This document shows positions 29,402 to 39,053 of a stretch of DNA of 64,000 nt, one piece after another (the stretch's first letter is position 1; each line of letters begins with the position of its first letter). Location of the stretch: the NCBI GenBank assembly GCA_016432285.1, contig CP066682.1, positions 188,273 through 252,272 of the forward strand, read 5' to 3'. The translations under genes and the position numbers were made by a program. This DNA is from Candidatus Kaiserbacteria bacterium (GTDB lineage: Bacteria > Patescibacteriota > Minisyncoccia > Phycocordibacterales > UBA2100). The notes beneath the pieces are model-generated. The model saw only the letters and a list, made by a program, of their open reading frames with translations. It had not been told where the DNA came from and searched no databases.

Positions 29402-29989
29402 ATGGCACAAGAGACACAAGACGAAAAGGTAGTTACGGCCCCAGAAGTCGCCGCCCCGGTGGCGGTGCAGCCAGAGCGCCGCGCGCCGCGCGGCCGAATG
29501 GGTGATCGACGCGGAGGTCCGCGTGAGCGGCGTGGGGGTCCGCGCGACGAGCGGCGCAGCGAATTCGCGCAAAAGCTCATCGGCATCCGCCGCGTGGCCC
29601 GCGTCATGGCAGGCGGTCGCCGTTTCAATTTCTCGGCCGCGCTCGTCTTGGGCGACAAGAAAGGACGCGTCGGCGTGGGGCTCGGCAAAGCAGCCGATAC
29701 ACAGCTTGCGATCGAAAAAGCCACCCGCTCCGCGAAGCGCCACATGCTGACCCTCAACCTCACCAAAACCCGCAGCATCCCGCACAACATCGGCGCAAAA
29801 TTCACCGCATCCCGCGTGGAGATCCGCCCCAGCCCAGGCCGCGGACTCGTCGCCGGCTCTTCGGTGCGCACCGTCCTCGAGCTCGGCGGCGTGACCGACG
29901 TAACGGCAAAGATTCTTTCGCGAAGCCACAACCCGGTCAACAACGCGCGCGCGGCACTCGCGGCCCTGAAGGAGATTTCCAAAAAATAG
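29402..29989 (+). CDS. rpsE: 30S ribosomal protein S5
   Basis: Sequence and position. Confidence 0.95.
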   Translation: MAQETQDEKVVTAPEVAAPVAVQPERRAPRGRMGDRRGGPRERRGGPRDERRSEFAQKLIGIRRVARVMAGGRRFNFSAALVLGDKKGRVGVGLGKAADTQLAIEKATRSAKRHMLTLNLTKTRSIPHNIGAKFTASRVEIRPSPGRGLVAGSSVRTVLELGGVTDVTAKILSRSHNPVNNARAALAALKEISKK

Positions 29990-29990
29990 T

Positions 29991-30440
29991 ATGGCCACGC
30001 TCAATTTGATTAAGAGAGTAGGGAAGCGCGTGAAGCAACGTGTCGGACGCGGGCAGTCGAGTGGCCGCGGCAAAACAGCCGGGCGCGGCACCAAGGGGCA
30101 GAACGCGCGCTCGGGCCGCAAGAAGCGCCCAGAGATCCGCGACATCATCAAAAAGATCCCGAAGCGTCGCGGCTTCGGCAAAAACCGCGGTCGCACGGTC
30201 GTCGGCACTCGCCTCGACGCGCTGCCGGTCTCTCTCGGGGATCTCGAAACGCTTTTTGATACGGGCGCGGAGGTCTCGACTGGCTCCCTCATCGAGCGCG
30301 GCGTCATGAAGGAGCGCAACGCGCAGCCCGTGAAAATCGTGGGCGGCGGTACGCTCACCAAAAAGCTTTCCGTGAAGGGCCTCAGCGTATCCGCTTCGGC
30401 GCGCGCGGCTATCGAAAAGGCCGGTGGCACGATTGCATAA
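29991..30440 (+). CDS. rplO: 50S ribosomal protein L15 (immediately follows S5; no L30 gene)
   Basis: Sequence; 1-nt spacing after the rpsE stop leaves no room for rpmD. Confidence 0.9.
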   Translation: MATLNLIKRVGKRVKQRVGRGQSSGRGKTAGRGTKGQNARSGRKKRPEIRDIIKKIPKRRGFGKNRGRTVVGTRLDALPVSLGDLETLFDTGAEVSTGSLIERGVMKERNAQPVKIVGGGTLTKKLSVKGLSVSASARAAIEKAGGTIA

Positions 30441-30443
30441 ACT

Positions 30444-31718
30444 ATGTGGCAGGCATTCCTCAGAAAAACGCGCCTCATCATCGAGGACGAAACACTGCGC
30501 TCGCGCGTCCTCTTTGTCTTGGGCGCGCTCATCGTTTTCCGCGTGCTCGGCGCGATCCCGATTCCCGGCATTGATGCGGCGGCACTCTCGAACTACTTGC
30601 AGAACAACCAGTTTCTCGGACTTTTGAACATCTTCTCTGGCGGCGGCTTTTCCACGCTCTCGATCGTGATGATCGGCGTCTCGCCCTACATCACCGCATC
30701 CATCGTCATGCAACTCGCCACCGTCCTCTCTCCGCGCCTCAAGGCGATCTATCAGGAAGAGGGGGACGCGGGGCGCCAGCGCTTCATGCAGTACTCGCGC
30801 TACCTCACGATTCCGCTCGCATTCATCCAGGCATTCGGCTTCCTCATTCTTTTGGAGCAGAACGGCGTCGTGCCGCAGCTTGGCGCGATGCAGACGATGA
30901 CCAACATCTTTGTGATCGCCGCCGGTGCCATGCTCTTGATGTGGATTGGAGAGCTGATCACCGAGTACGGCGTCGGCAACGGCGTTTCCCTCATCATCTT
31001 CGCGGGCATCGTCGCCTCGATTCCCGCCTCGATCGCACAATTCGTCTTTTCATTCGACATCGCGCAGCTTCCGGCGTATGTCGGCTTTCTCATAGCGGCC
31101 GTGCTCATCGTGGCGGGCGTCGTATTCATCTCCGAGGCGGAGCGTCCGATTCCCGTCACCTACGCGCGCCGCGTGCGCGGCATGAAGGTCATGGGCGGCA
31201 TCTCCACGTACCTGCCGCTGCGGGTCAACCAGGCGGGCGTCATGCCCATCATCTTCGCGCTCTCGATTCTGCTTTTTCCGCAGATGATCGGATCGTTCCT
31301 CGCCAAGAGCTCGATCCCGCTCGTCGCCTCGATCGCGAGCGCCGTGGTCTCCGGCCTCGCCAATCAGTGGATCTACGGCACGCTCTATTTCCTCATGGTG
31401 GTCATCTTCACGTACTTCTACACCGCGATCACCTTCGAGCCGCACCAGATCGCCAAGAACCTCCAGAAGAACGGCGCTTTCGTGCCGGGTGTGCGCCCCG
31501 GCGGCACGACCTCCGACTATCTCGGCAACATCATCACGCGCATCACGCTCGTCGGCGCGCTTTTCCTCGGCTTTCTGGCGGTACTCCCGATCATTCTCCA
31601 AGGCCTCACGGGCATCACGGCGCTCACGATCGGCGGCACCGCGCTTTTGATCGTTGTCTCGGTGGTGCTCGATGTGGTGAAAAAGATTGACGCGCAAACC
31701 TCCATCAGGGAATATTAG
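30444..31718 (+). CDS. secY: preprotein translocase subunit SecY
   Basis: 10-TM protein with SecY signature. Confidence 0.97.
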   Translation: MWQAFLRKTRLIIEDETLRSRVLFVLGALIVFRVLGAIPIPGIDAAALSNYLQNNQFLGLLNIFSGGGFSTLSIVMIGVSPYITASIVMQLATVLSPRLKAIYQEEGDAGRQRFMQYSRYLTIPLAFIQAFGFLILLEQNGVVPQLGAMQTMTNIFVIAAGAMLLMWIGELITEYGVGNGVSLIIFAGIVASIPASIAQFVFSFDIAQLPAYVGFLIAAVLIVAGVVFISEAERPIPVTYARRVRGMKVMGGISTYLPLRVNQAGVMPIIFALSILLFPQMIGSFLAKSSIPLVASIASAVVSGLANQWIYGTLYFLMVVIFTYFYTAITFEPHQIAKNLQKNGAFVPGVRPGGTTSDYLGNIITRITLVGALFLGFLAVLPIILQGLTGITALTIGGTALLIVVSVVLDVVKKIDAQTSIREY

Positions 31719-31727
31719 GCGCACGAT

Positions 31728-32318
31728 ATGACGGGGCTCGGCAAACAGGTCATCGTCATTGCCGGTCCTTCCGGGAGCGGCAAGAACGTGATCATTCGCG
31801 AGATCATGCAGCGCTACCCAAAGTGCGAGCGCCTCGTGACGGCCACGACACGGAAGGCGCGTCCGGGAGAGCGGGACGGCGTCGACTACTATTTTTTTAC
31901 ACAGGAACAATTCGATAGGGAGCGCGGGCTCGGGCACATCCCCGAGCACCGCTTTGTGCCGGCCTTGAACACCTACTACGGCACCTATCTGCCGGATCTG
32001 GAGAAGCGCATTCAGAAAGGAAAGATCGTCTTCGCGCAGGTGGATATCGAAGGCGCCCGACTCCTCAAGGAGCGCTACAAGGCGGTTACGATTTTCATCA
32101 TGCCAGAATCGCTCGATCAGTTTCGCGGGCGTCTTCGGGCGCGCAATCCGGAGTGGTCGCAGAAAGAATTCGACGCCCGCATGAAAATCACCGAACAGGA
32201 GATTCGGGTACACGCGCCGCAGTACGATCACCGCGTGGTCAACGCCGATGGTGCCCTCCACGAAACGGTCAATCGCGTCATAGAGATTTTGCAAAAAGAA
32301 GGCTACAATCTCGCATAA
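31728..32318 (+). CDS. gmk: guanylate kinase
   Basis: GPSGSGK P-loop, TTR motif, GE.DG.DY.F; atypical position between secY and adk. Confidence 0.8.
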   Translation: MTGLGKQVIVIAGPSGSGKNVIIREIMQRYPKCERLVTATTRKARPGERDGVDYYFFTQEQFDRERGLGHIPEHRFVPALNTYYGTYLPDLEKRIQKGKIVFAQVDIEGARLLKERYKAVTIFIMPESLDQFRGRLRARNPEWSQKEFDARMKITEQEIRVHAPQYDHRVVNADGALHETVNRVIEILQKEGYNLA

Positions 32319-32321
32319 CGT

Positions 32322-32918
32322 ATGCAACCGATCACTGTCGCATTTTTTGGTATTTCCGGCTCCGGCAAGGGGACGCAGTGCGTGCTCCTGGAGAAATTCC
32401 TCCAAGAAAACGACGCGTCGCGAGCGGTCGTGCGGCCGGAAATGGGCGATCTGCTGCGCACGTTCATGCAAAGCGGTACCTCGCTCGCCAAGGCCACCGG
32501 CGAGATCGTGAATTCCGGGGGCCTCGTGCCCTCCTTTATCCCGATCTACATGCTGACGGGCGTCTTAAACGAATCCTTCGATGGCACGCAGCATCTCATT
32601 CTCGACGGCACCTGTCGCCGCCCCGACCAGTCGCGCGCCGTCGACGAGATGATGCGGCTGTGGAAGCGGGAGAACCTCCAGGCAATCGTACTCACGCTCT
32701 CGCGCGAATCCGCCAAAAAGCGCCTCATCGCACGCGGACGCGTCGATGACGCCAAAGACGAAGCCCTCGCGAGCCGCTTCGCGTGGTACGAGGAGCACGT
32801 TGTGCCTTCCATCGAGGAGCTGCGCACACTCGGCTGGACAATCCACGAAGTAGACGGCGAGCCGGAGGTTGAGACAGTGCAAAAAGAAATCCGCAAAGCG
32901 CTCGGACTCACACAATGA
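32322..32918 (+). CDS. adk: adenylate kinase (divergent)
   Basis: GISGSGKGTQ, ILDG, RGRVDD motifs. Confidence 0.8.
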   Translation: MQPITVAFFGISGSGKGTQCVLLEKFLQENDASRAVVRPEMGDLLRTFMQSGTSLAKATGEIVNSGGLVPSFIPIYMLTGVLNESFDGTQHLILDGTCRRPDQSRAVDEMMRLWKRENLQAIVLTLSRESAKKRLIARGRVDDAKDEALASRFAWYEEHVVPSIEELRTLGWTIHEVDGEPEVETVQKEIRKALGLTQ

Positions 32919-33685
32919 TCGTACGCAATCAGGAAGACATCGAGATACTGCGCGAAGGGGGCCGCAGGCTCGCACGGCACGTCCGCACCTTGAGCGAAAT
33001 GGCGCGCCCAGGCGTACAGGCGGCCGATCTCGAGAAGGCGGCACGCGACATGGTGGAAAGCGACGGCGACGAGCTCGCCTTTTACAATTACAAGACGAAG
33101 CGCGATACGCACGGCTTTCCCTCCGGGCTCTGCCTTTCGGTCAACGACGTCATCGTGCACTCGCCGGCTGGGCAGAACAACGCAGTTATACAGGAGGGGG
33201 ATGTCGTGTGCATCGATTTTGGCATCAAGCATCGCGGCCTTTTTACCGACCACGCGACTACGGTGATCGCGGGGAAGCCGAAGAGTGCTGAAGACGAGCG
33301 CCTCGTCAAAGGCACCTTCGAGGCGCTTGCCGCCGGCATCAAAGAGGCGAGAGTCGGCAACACGACGGGCGACATCGGCCATGCAGTGGAAAAAATCGCG
33401 AAAAAATACAAGTTCGGCTTCCCCCGCAATCTCTCCGGGCACGGCGTCGGTCTCCATGTACACGAAGAGCCGCACGTGCCGAATTTTGGCAAACCGGGAG
33501 AAGGCGAGACGCTCGTCGAAGGTCTCGTGATCGCGATTGAGCCTATGATGACGCTCGGCTCCGGCGACCTCTACATCGACGACGACGGACACTCATACCG
33601 CACGAAAGACGGCTCCCGCACCGCGCACGCCGAGCATACCGTTTTAATCACTGCGAGCGGCCCTGAGATTTTGACGAAGGAATAG
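32915..33685 (+). CDS. map: methionine aminopeptidase type I
   Basis: Pita-bread-fold metal ligands (D, D, H, E, E) in the conserved context. Confidence 0.93.
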   Translation: MIVRNQEDIEILREGGRRLARHVRTLSEMARPGVQAADLEKAARDMVESDGDELAFYNYKTKRDTHGFPSGLCLSVNDVIVHSPAGQNNAVIQEGDVVCIDFGIKHRGLFTDHATTVIAGKPKSAEDERLVKGTFEALAAGIKEARVGNTTGDIGHAVEKIAKKYKFGFPRNLSGHGVGLHVHEEPHVPNFGKPGEGETLVEGLVIAIEPMMTLGSGDLYIDDDGHSYRTKDGSRTAHAEHTVLITASGPEILTKE

Positions 33686-33700
33686 AGTACACTGTTCCGC

Positions 33701-34972
33701 ATGATCGACGTACTGCTCGTCGGAGGCGGTGGCAGAGAGCACGCGATCGCGTGGAAGCTGAAGCAATCGCCCCGCCTCGGGAAGCTCTTTATCGCGCCCG
33801 GCAACGGCGGCACGCGACTCGTGGGTGAAAACGTACCGATCGGTGCGATGGAATTCGAGAAGCTGGCGAATTTCGCTGAAGAAAAGAAGATAGGGCTCAC
33901 GATCTGCACCATGGACGACCCGCTCGTGGAGGGCATCGTGGATTTTTTTCAATCGCGCGGACTCCGAATTTGGGGTCCGTCGAAGGCGGCCGCACAGCTC
34001 GAAGGATCGAAAGCGTTCTCGAAGCTTTTCATGCAAGAAGCGGGTATTCCCACCGCAGAGTTCGGCGTCTTCACCGAATACGAAAAAGCCCTCGATTACG
34101 TCCGAGCGAAGGGAGCACCGATCGTCGTGAAAGCGAGTGGCCTCGCGCTCGGGAAAGGGGTTACGGTCTGTACGTCCATGCAAGAAGCCGAAGCAGCCCT
34201 CGAAGCTATCTTCGTCAAAAAGCTGTTCGGCGACTCCGGCAAGCAAGTCGTGATCGAGGAGTTCCTCGACGGCCCCGAAATCTCAATCCACGCGATCTCC
34301 GACGGGAACACGTACACGATGTTTCCTCCTTCGCAGGATCACAAGCGCGCGCTCGATCATGACGAGGGCAAAAATACCGGCGGCATGGGCGTGATCGCCC
34401 CGCTTCCTTTCGTCGACGAGTCGCTCACAGAGGAAATCGAGCGAACGATCGTCCGGCCGACGTTTGAGGCGCTGAAAAAGAGAGGAATTCTTTTTTCCGG
34501 CGTGCTCTATCCTGGGCTCATACTGAGCAAAAAGGGTCCGAAAGTGCTTGAATACAACGCTCGCTTCGGTGATCCGGAAACGCAGGTGTACATGCGCCTC
34601 TTGAAGACCGATGTGTTGGACATATGTGAGGCCTGCGTCGACGGTACGCTCGCCGATCAGCCGATAGAGTGGCTTCGCGGCTTCGCGGCGAATATCGTTC
34701 TCGCTTCCGGCGGCTATCCCGACGAATATAAAAAGGGTGTGCCGATCGGCGGTATCGAAGAAGCGGAAAAGATCGACGGCATCGTGGTCTTCCACGCCGG
34801 CACGACGTTCGATGGGGAACTAAAGACAAATGGCGGTCGCGTGCTCGGCGTCTCTGCGATCGGAAAGACACTCAAGGAGGCGCTCGACACCGCGTACGAA
34901 GCGGTAGAAAAAATTCAGTTCGAAGGCAAGCAGTTTCGCCGCGACATCGGCACCAGGATCTTTCAGATCTGA
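33701..34972 (+). CDS. purD: phosphoribosylamine--glycine ligase
   Basis: ATP-grasp with PurD N- and C-terminal domains. Confidence 0.93.
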   Translation: MIDVLLVGGGGREHAIAWKLKQSPRLGKLFIAPGNGGTRLVGENVPIGAMEFEKLANFAEEKKIGLTICTMDDPLVEGIVDFFQSRGLRIWGPSKAAAQLEGSKAFSKLFMQEAGIPTAEFGVFTEYEKALDYVRAKGAPIVVKASGLALGKGVTVCTSMQEAEAALEAIFVKKLFGDSGKQVVIEEFLDGPEISIHAISDGNTYTMFPPSQDHKRALDHDEGKNTGGMGVIAPLPFVDESLTEEIERTIVRPTFEALKKRGILFSGVLYPGLILSKKGPKVLEYNARFGDPETQVYMRLLKTDVLDICEACVDGTLADQPIEWLRGFAANIVLASGGYPDEYKKGVPIGGIEEAEKIDGIVVFHAGTTFDGELKTNGGRVLGVSAIGKTLKEALDTAYEAVEKIQFEGKQFRRDIGTRIFQI

Positions 34973-35415
34973 GTTCCCTGATCGTTTTTCTCCTCTGCGA
35001 TTTCGATTATTTTAGCCCCTGCCGGCGAGTGGATGATAGACTCGAGTTTTCTAGTGGCGTCATCCCGGATCGTCAGCAATTGAGTCTTGGCATTATCGAG
35101 AAGAGGCTGATCGACGGACCTCCCCCCCATTTCCCTTATCGTACTTGCATAGCCGGTCAACGTCTCAAGGTTACCGATGGTCCTTACCGCATCGTTCAAT
35201 ATAGTCAGATAGGCAGTGTGTGCTTTAAAAAAAGCATCCTGGATTTGTTCCATCGGTCTGCCGGCACGGTCGAACGTAGCATTTGCACCTACATTCTGAA
35301 GTTTATTCCCGAGACTGTCCACTTTATCCGCGATATCCTCATAGCCGTTCCTAACAACCTGGTCGAGCGTATTGAATTCACTTTTTTTCTCCTGATTCTT
35401 CGACAGTTCTTCCAT
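34963..35415 (-). CDS. hypothetical helical protein (151 aa) in a compositionally AT-richer segment
   Basis: Internal ATG at 35415; K/N/I/T-rich; local GC visibly below surroundings. Confidence 0.4.
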   Translation of the reverse strand: MEELSKNQEKKSEFNTLDQVVRNGYEDIADKVDSLGNKLQNVGANATFDRAGRPMEQIQDAFFKAHTAYLTILNDAVRTIGNLETLTGYASTIREMGGRSVDQPLLDNAKTQLLTIRDDATRKLESIIHSPAGAKIIEIAEEKNDQGTQI

Positions 35416-35511
35416 AAGGATGTACGTGGATAATGAGTATGTCTCCAAAATACCCCCCCTCCCCAATTTCGCAAGCAGCCCCGCCGGATAAGTCAATGCT
35501 ATACTTTTTGC

Positions 35512-38358
35512 ATGCCTCCATCGACGATGGAGCGGCCGATCCGCCAGTTGGCGGAGCCGCAATCAGAAAAATTTAAGACGCCCGAAGACGAGCTCCGCTA
35601 TTTACGCGAGCGCGTGAAGGAGGCGGAAGCGCAGCTTGAGGCGGCACCTAACCGCTTTGAGAGCGATCGCATCGCCAAGCGCGAGGTAGCGGCGTACGCC
35701 GAGATACCGCAAGCCACGATTCTCCACGAGAGTTTTGTCATGCCGGAGCATGAGAGCGTGCGGCACAAGCTCCGCCTCGAGCCGGAGGCACACGACGTGC
35801 AGATGGACGAGCTTTTGAAGATTGTAACGGAGCGGGGGGTACGCAACGCACTTGCGGTCTGCGCCAAGATGCGCAATCCGCACCTTCAAGACGACTTCCA
35901 CCGGGTGATCACACGCTACATCGCCGAAGGTTTGCCGCAAAATGGCGCGCCGCCTCCCGAGAAAATCCGGCGCGCGCTCGACCTGGTGCTCTTTGCGGTC
36001 GACCCGCAGGCGCACGGCGAGCGCGACAAGCAAGACAACAGCCAACACCGCCTCGAGCAGGTGCTCGCCTCTTCTGAGCAGCTCTACGCCGGCCTCCTCT
36101 CGCTCATTTCGCCGCACGAGGGTTTCTCGCTGGAGATCGCGGTGCCCGAGGGCACCGAAGCGGCCGCACTCTTTTTAGCAGTACCGCGCTTTAAAAAGGA
36201 TCTTGCGGAGCGTCTGATCGCATCAGTCTTCCCCAACGCGCGCATTTCTGAGGAGCGCGGAGACTACAACATCTTCAACGTCGAGGGTGAGAGCGCGGCC
36301 GCGTATGCGACCCTCGCCGACCATCCGGCGTACCCGCTGAAAACACCCGACATGTTTGAGCACGATCCCATGAACGTCCTCCTCGCGGCCTTCGCGAAGA
36401 TCGCCAAGCACGGCGAGGGCGCCGCGCTCCAGATCCTCGTCTCGACCGAGGGTGACCGGTACAACCACCACTTCAAAAAGATGATCCGTCGCCTCGAAAA
36501 AGGCAAAACGCTGCACCGCGCGCTCGCCGTCCCGGAGAGCGCCATCGGCGAAATGCTCTACGATCTCTCGCATACGATGCTGAAGAGCAAAAAGCAGCTC
36601 GAAGACGAACAGCAGCGCCAGTTTCGACGCAACGCCGACAAGGTGGCGAGCGAGGAGATGGAGCGGAAGATCAAGAGCCGCATCGGGCCTACCATTATCC
36701 GCTTGGCAGCCTCGGCGAAAACGAAAGAGCGCGCCGAAGACATCCTCGGCAATCTCATTGCGCCCTTCAACCAGTACGACGACCCGAAGGGCAATCACCT
36801 CGTCTTTAAACACGTCTCGAAGTGGAGCCTCCAGTCGTTCCTGCGCGATTTTACCTTCCGCATTTTCGATCACTCGTACGCGATGCCGCTCTCGCTCTCG
36901 GAAATCACCTCGATCTTCCACTTCACCGCCGAGCGCGTGCACACTTCGCGCGAGCTGAAGCGCTCCTTCGCGAAGCAAGCCCCCGCTCCGGTGGAGATGC
37001 CGGGCGAGGGGATCACGCTCGGGGTCAACAGGTACGGCGCGGAGGAGCGCCCGGTCAAGTTCGGCACTATGGATCGCCTCCGCCACTGTTACGTGATCGG
37101 TCAGACCGGTACCGGTAAGACGGGACTTTTGAAAAACATGATCATTCAGGACATCAAAAACGGCGAGGGGGTGGCCTACGTCGACCCGCACGGCACTGAC
37201 ATCGAGGATATTCTCGCGGCGATCCCGCCGGAGCGCGTGAAGGATCTCATCTACTTCGATCCCGCCCACACGGAGCGCCCGATGGGTCTCAACATGCTGG
37301 AGTACGACCGTTCACGGCCCGAGATGAAGACCTTCGTCGTCGACGAAGTGTACGGCATTTTCCGCAAGCTCTATGCCGACGTGCCCGAAGCCTTCGGCCC
37401 GATGTTTGAGCAGTACTACCGCAACGCCGTCCAGCTCGTCGTCGAAGACCCGGATTCCGGCAGCACCTTCGTCGAGATTCCGCGTATTTTTGCGGACCCA
37501 ACATTCAGGAACCTGAAGCTCTCTCGCTGCCAGAATCCGATCATCGTGCAGTTTTGGAAAAAGATCGCACTTGAGGCGCAGGGTGATCCGTCGCTCGAAA
37601 ATGTCGCGCCCTACATCACTTCCAAATTCGACGTCTTCCTCACCAACGACATCATGCGCCCCGTGGTGGCGCAGGAAAAATCCGCCTTCGATTTCCGCAA
37701 AATAATGGACGAAAAGAAGATCTTTCTCGCCAACCTCTCAAAAGGGCGGCTCGGGGACCGGAACACCTCGCTCCTCGGCCTCATCCTCGTATCGAAGTTC
37801 CTCCAGGCCGCCTTTTCTCGCGTGGAGGCGCGCGGAGAATTTCCGGTCTTCTACCTCTACATCGACGAGTTCCAAAACTTCGCGACGCCCTCGATCGGCA
37901 CGATCCTTTCGGAAGCCCGCAAATACAAACTCTCGCTCGTGATCGCGCACCAGTTTATCGCGCAGCTCGACGAAAAGATTCGCGATGCGGTCGTCGGCAA
38001 CGTGGGCACCAAGGCAGCCTTTCGCGTGGGTACGACCGACGCAGAATTTCTCGCCAAGCAATTCGAGCCCGTGTTCGGACAGCAGGATCTCGAAAACCTC
38101 CCGAACCGCCATGCGGTACTCGCGCTTCTCGTGAACGGCGTGCCGGCGCGGCCCTTCTCGATCAGCACCGAAAACCTGCCAACCTTCGACTTCAGCAACG
38201 TGGAGACTTTGAAACAGCTTTCGTACGAGACTTTCGGGCGCGCTCGCGAGGAGGTGGAGGCGGAAATCCGCAAAAAGTTCGACGCGAGCTACGGCCAAAA
38301 AGCGCCCGCATCGGATCCGTTTGCGCCCCCCGACTTTGCCCCGCACCCATCCGTATAA
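35512..38358 (+). CDS. large P-loop NTPase (948 aa): C-terminal TraD/TraG/VirD4-HerA-FtsK-like ATPase domain and ~500-aa N-terminal domain of unknown function
   Basis: Walker A GQTGTGKTG; DPHG; Walker B FYLYIDEF; LVIAHQ; no TM. Confidence 0.55.
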   Translation: MPPSTMERPIRQLAEPQSEKFKTPEDELRYLRERVKEAEAQLEAAPNRFESDRIAKREVAAYAEIPQATILHESFVMPEHESVRHKLRLEPEAHDVQMDELLKIVTERGVRNALAVCAKMRNPHLQDDFHRVITRYIAEGLPQNGAPPPEKIRRALDLVLFAVDPQAHGERDKQDNSQHRLEQVLASSEQLYAGLLSLISPHEGFSLEIAVPEGTEAAALFLAVPRFKKDLAERLIASVFPNARISEERGDYNIFNVEGESAAAYATLADHPAYPLKTPDMFEHDPMNVLLAAFAKIAKHGEGAALQILVSTEGDRYNHHFKKMIRRLEKGKTLHRALAVPESAIGEMLYDLSHTMLKSKKQLEDEQQRQFRRNADKVASEEMERKIKSRIGPTIIRLAASAKTKERAEDILGNLIAPFNQYDDPKGNHLVFKHVSKWSLQSFLRDFTFRIFDHSYAMPLSLSEITSIFHFTAERVHTSRELKRSFAKQAPAPVEMPGEGITLGVNRYGAEERPVKFGTMDRLRHCYVIGQTGTGKTGLLKNMIIQDIKNGEGVAYVDPHGTDIEDILAAIPPERVKDLIYFDPAHTERPMGLNMLEYDRSRPEMKTFVVDEVYGIFRKLYADVPEAFGPMFEQYYRNAVQLVVEDPDSGSTFVEIPRIFADPTFRNLKLSRCQNPIIVQFWKKIALEAQGDPSLENVAPYITSKFDVFLTNDIMRPVVAQEKSAFDFRKIMDEKKIFLANLSKGRLGDRNTSLLGLILVSKFLQAAFSRVEARGEFPVFYLYIDEFQNFATPSIGTILSEARKYKLSLVIAHQFIAQLDEKIRDAVVGNVGTKAAFRVGTTDAEFLAKQFEPVFGQQDLENLPNRHAVLALLVNGVPARPFSISTENLPTFDFSNVETLKQLSYETFGRAREEVEAEIRKKFDASYGQKAPASDPFAPPDFAPHPSV

Positions 38359-38394
38359 TTTCCGCGCCGCGGAAAATATGGTAGTCTCCTTTCC

Positions 38395-38997
38395 ATGCAA
38401 CACCCCAAAGAAGAGCGAACGCTCGTAATCGTCAAGCCTGACGGCGTGCAGCGCGGCCTCATTGGAGAGCTGATAAAGCGGTATGAGCGCACCGGCCTGA
38501 AGCTCGTGGGGATCCGCTTCGGGATCGCCGACGAAAAGAAGCTCTGGGAGCACTACAACAAGACCGACGAGTGGTTCCTCAAAAAGGGAGCGAAGATCGC
38601 GGAGGACAAAAAAGCCAACGGGCTTCCGGTCCAGAAAGAGCCGATCGAATACGGCAAGGACATCATCCGCCAGCTCGTGCATTTTATGACAAGCGGCCCC
38701 GTTCTTTTTTTGGTGTGGGAAGGCAACCAGGCGGCGGCGGTCGTGCGAAAGATCACCGGCGACACCGAACCTGCAACCTCCGACGTGGGGACCATTCGCG
38801 GGGATTTGACGCTCGATTCGTACACCATCGCAGCGGTCGACGATCGCGCCGTCCGCAACCTCATCCACTGTTCGGAAGACGCGGCGGACGCGAAGCGGGA
38901 GGTCGCGCTCTGGTTTGACGAGAAAGATCTCATCGACTACCGTCTCTTCAGCGAGGAAATACTCTACGAAATCGATCTTCGCAAGATACTGAACTAG
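38395..38997 (+). CDS. ndk: nucleoside-diphosphate kinase with ~40-aa insertion and C-terminal extension
   Basis: LVIVKPDGVQRGL...; active-site NLIHCSED (NxxHGSD variant). Confidence 0.8.
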   Translation: MQHPKEERTLVIVKPDGVQRGLIGELIKRYERTGLKLVGIRFGIADEKKLWEHYNKTDEWFLKKGAKIAEDKKANGLPVQKEPIEYGKDIIRQLVHFMTSGPVLFLVWEGNQAAAVVRKITGDTEPATSDVGTIRGDLTLDSYTIAAVDDRAVRNLIHCSEDAADAKREVALWFDEKDLIDYRLFSEEILYEIDLRKILN

Positions 38998-39053
38998 CAA
39001 GTCGCCGCACCCTTCATAGAGACTTCCGGCAGGCTGGTGCTATACTTTCGGTA

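Noticed and set aside
24280-31040. Multiple long minus-strand ORFs across the r-protein/secY cluster (e.g. 24280..25155, 26522..27310, 27875..29080, 29390..30571, 29937..31040)
   Set aside because: They lie antisense to strongly supported ribosomal genes, have Arg/Ala/Pro-rich low-complexity translations typical of spurious high-GC frames, and show no homology.
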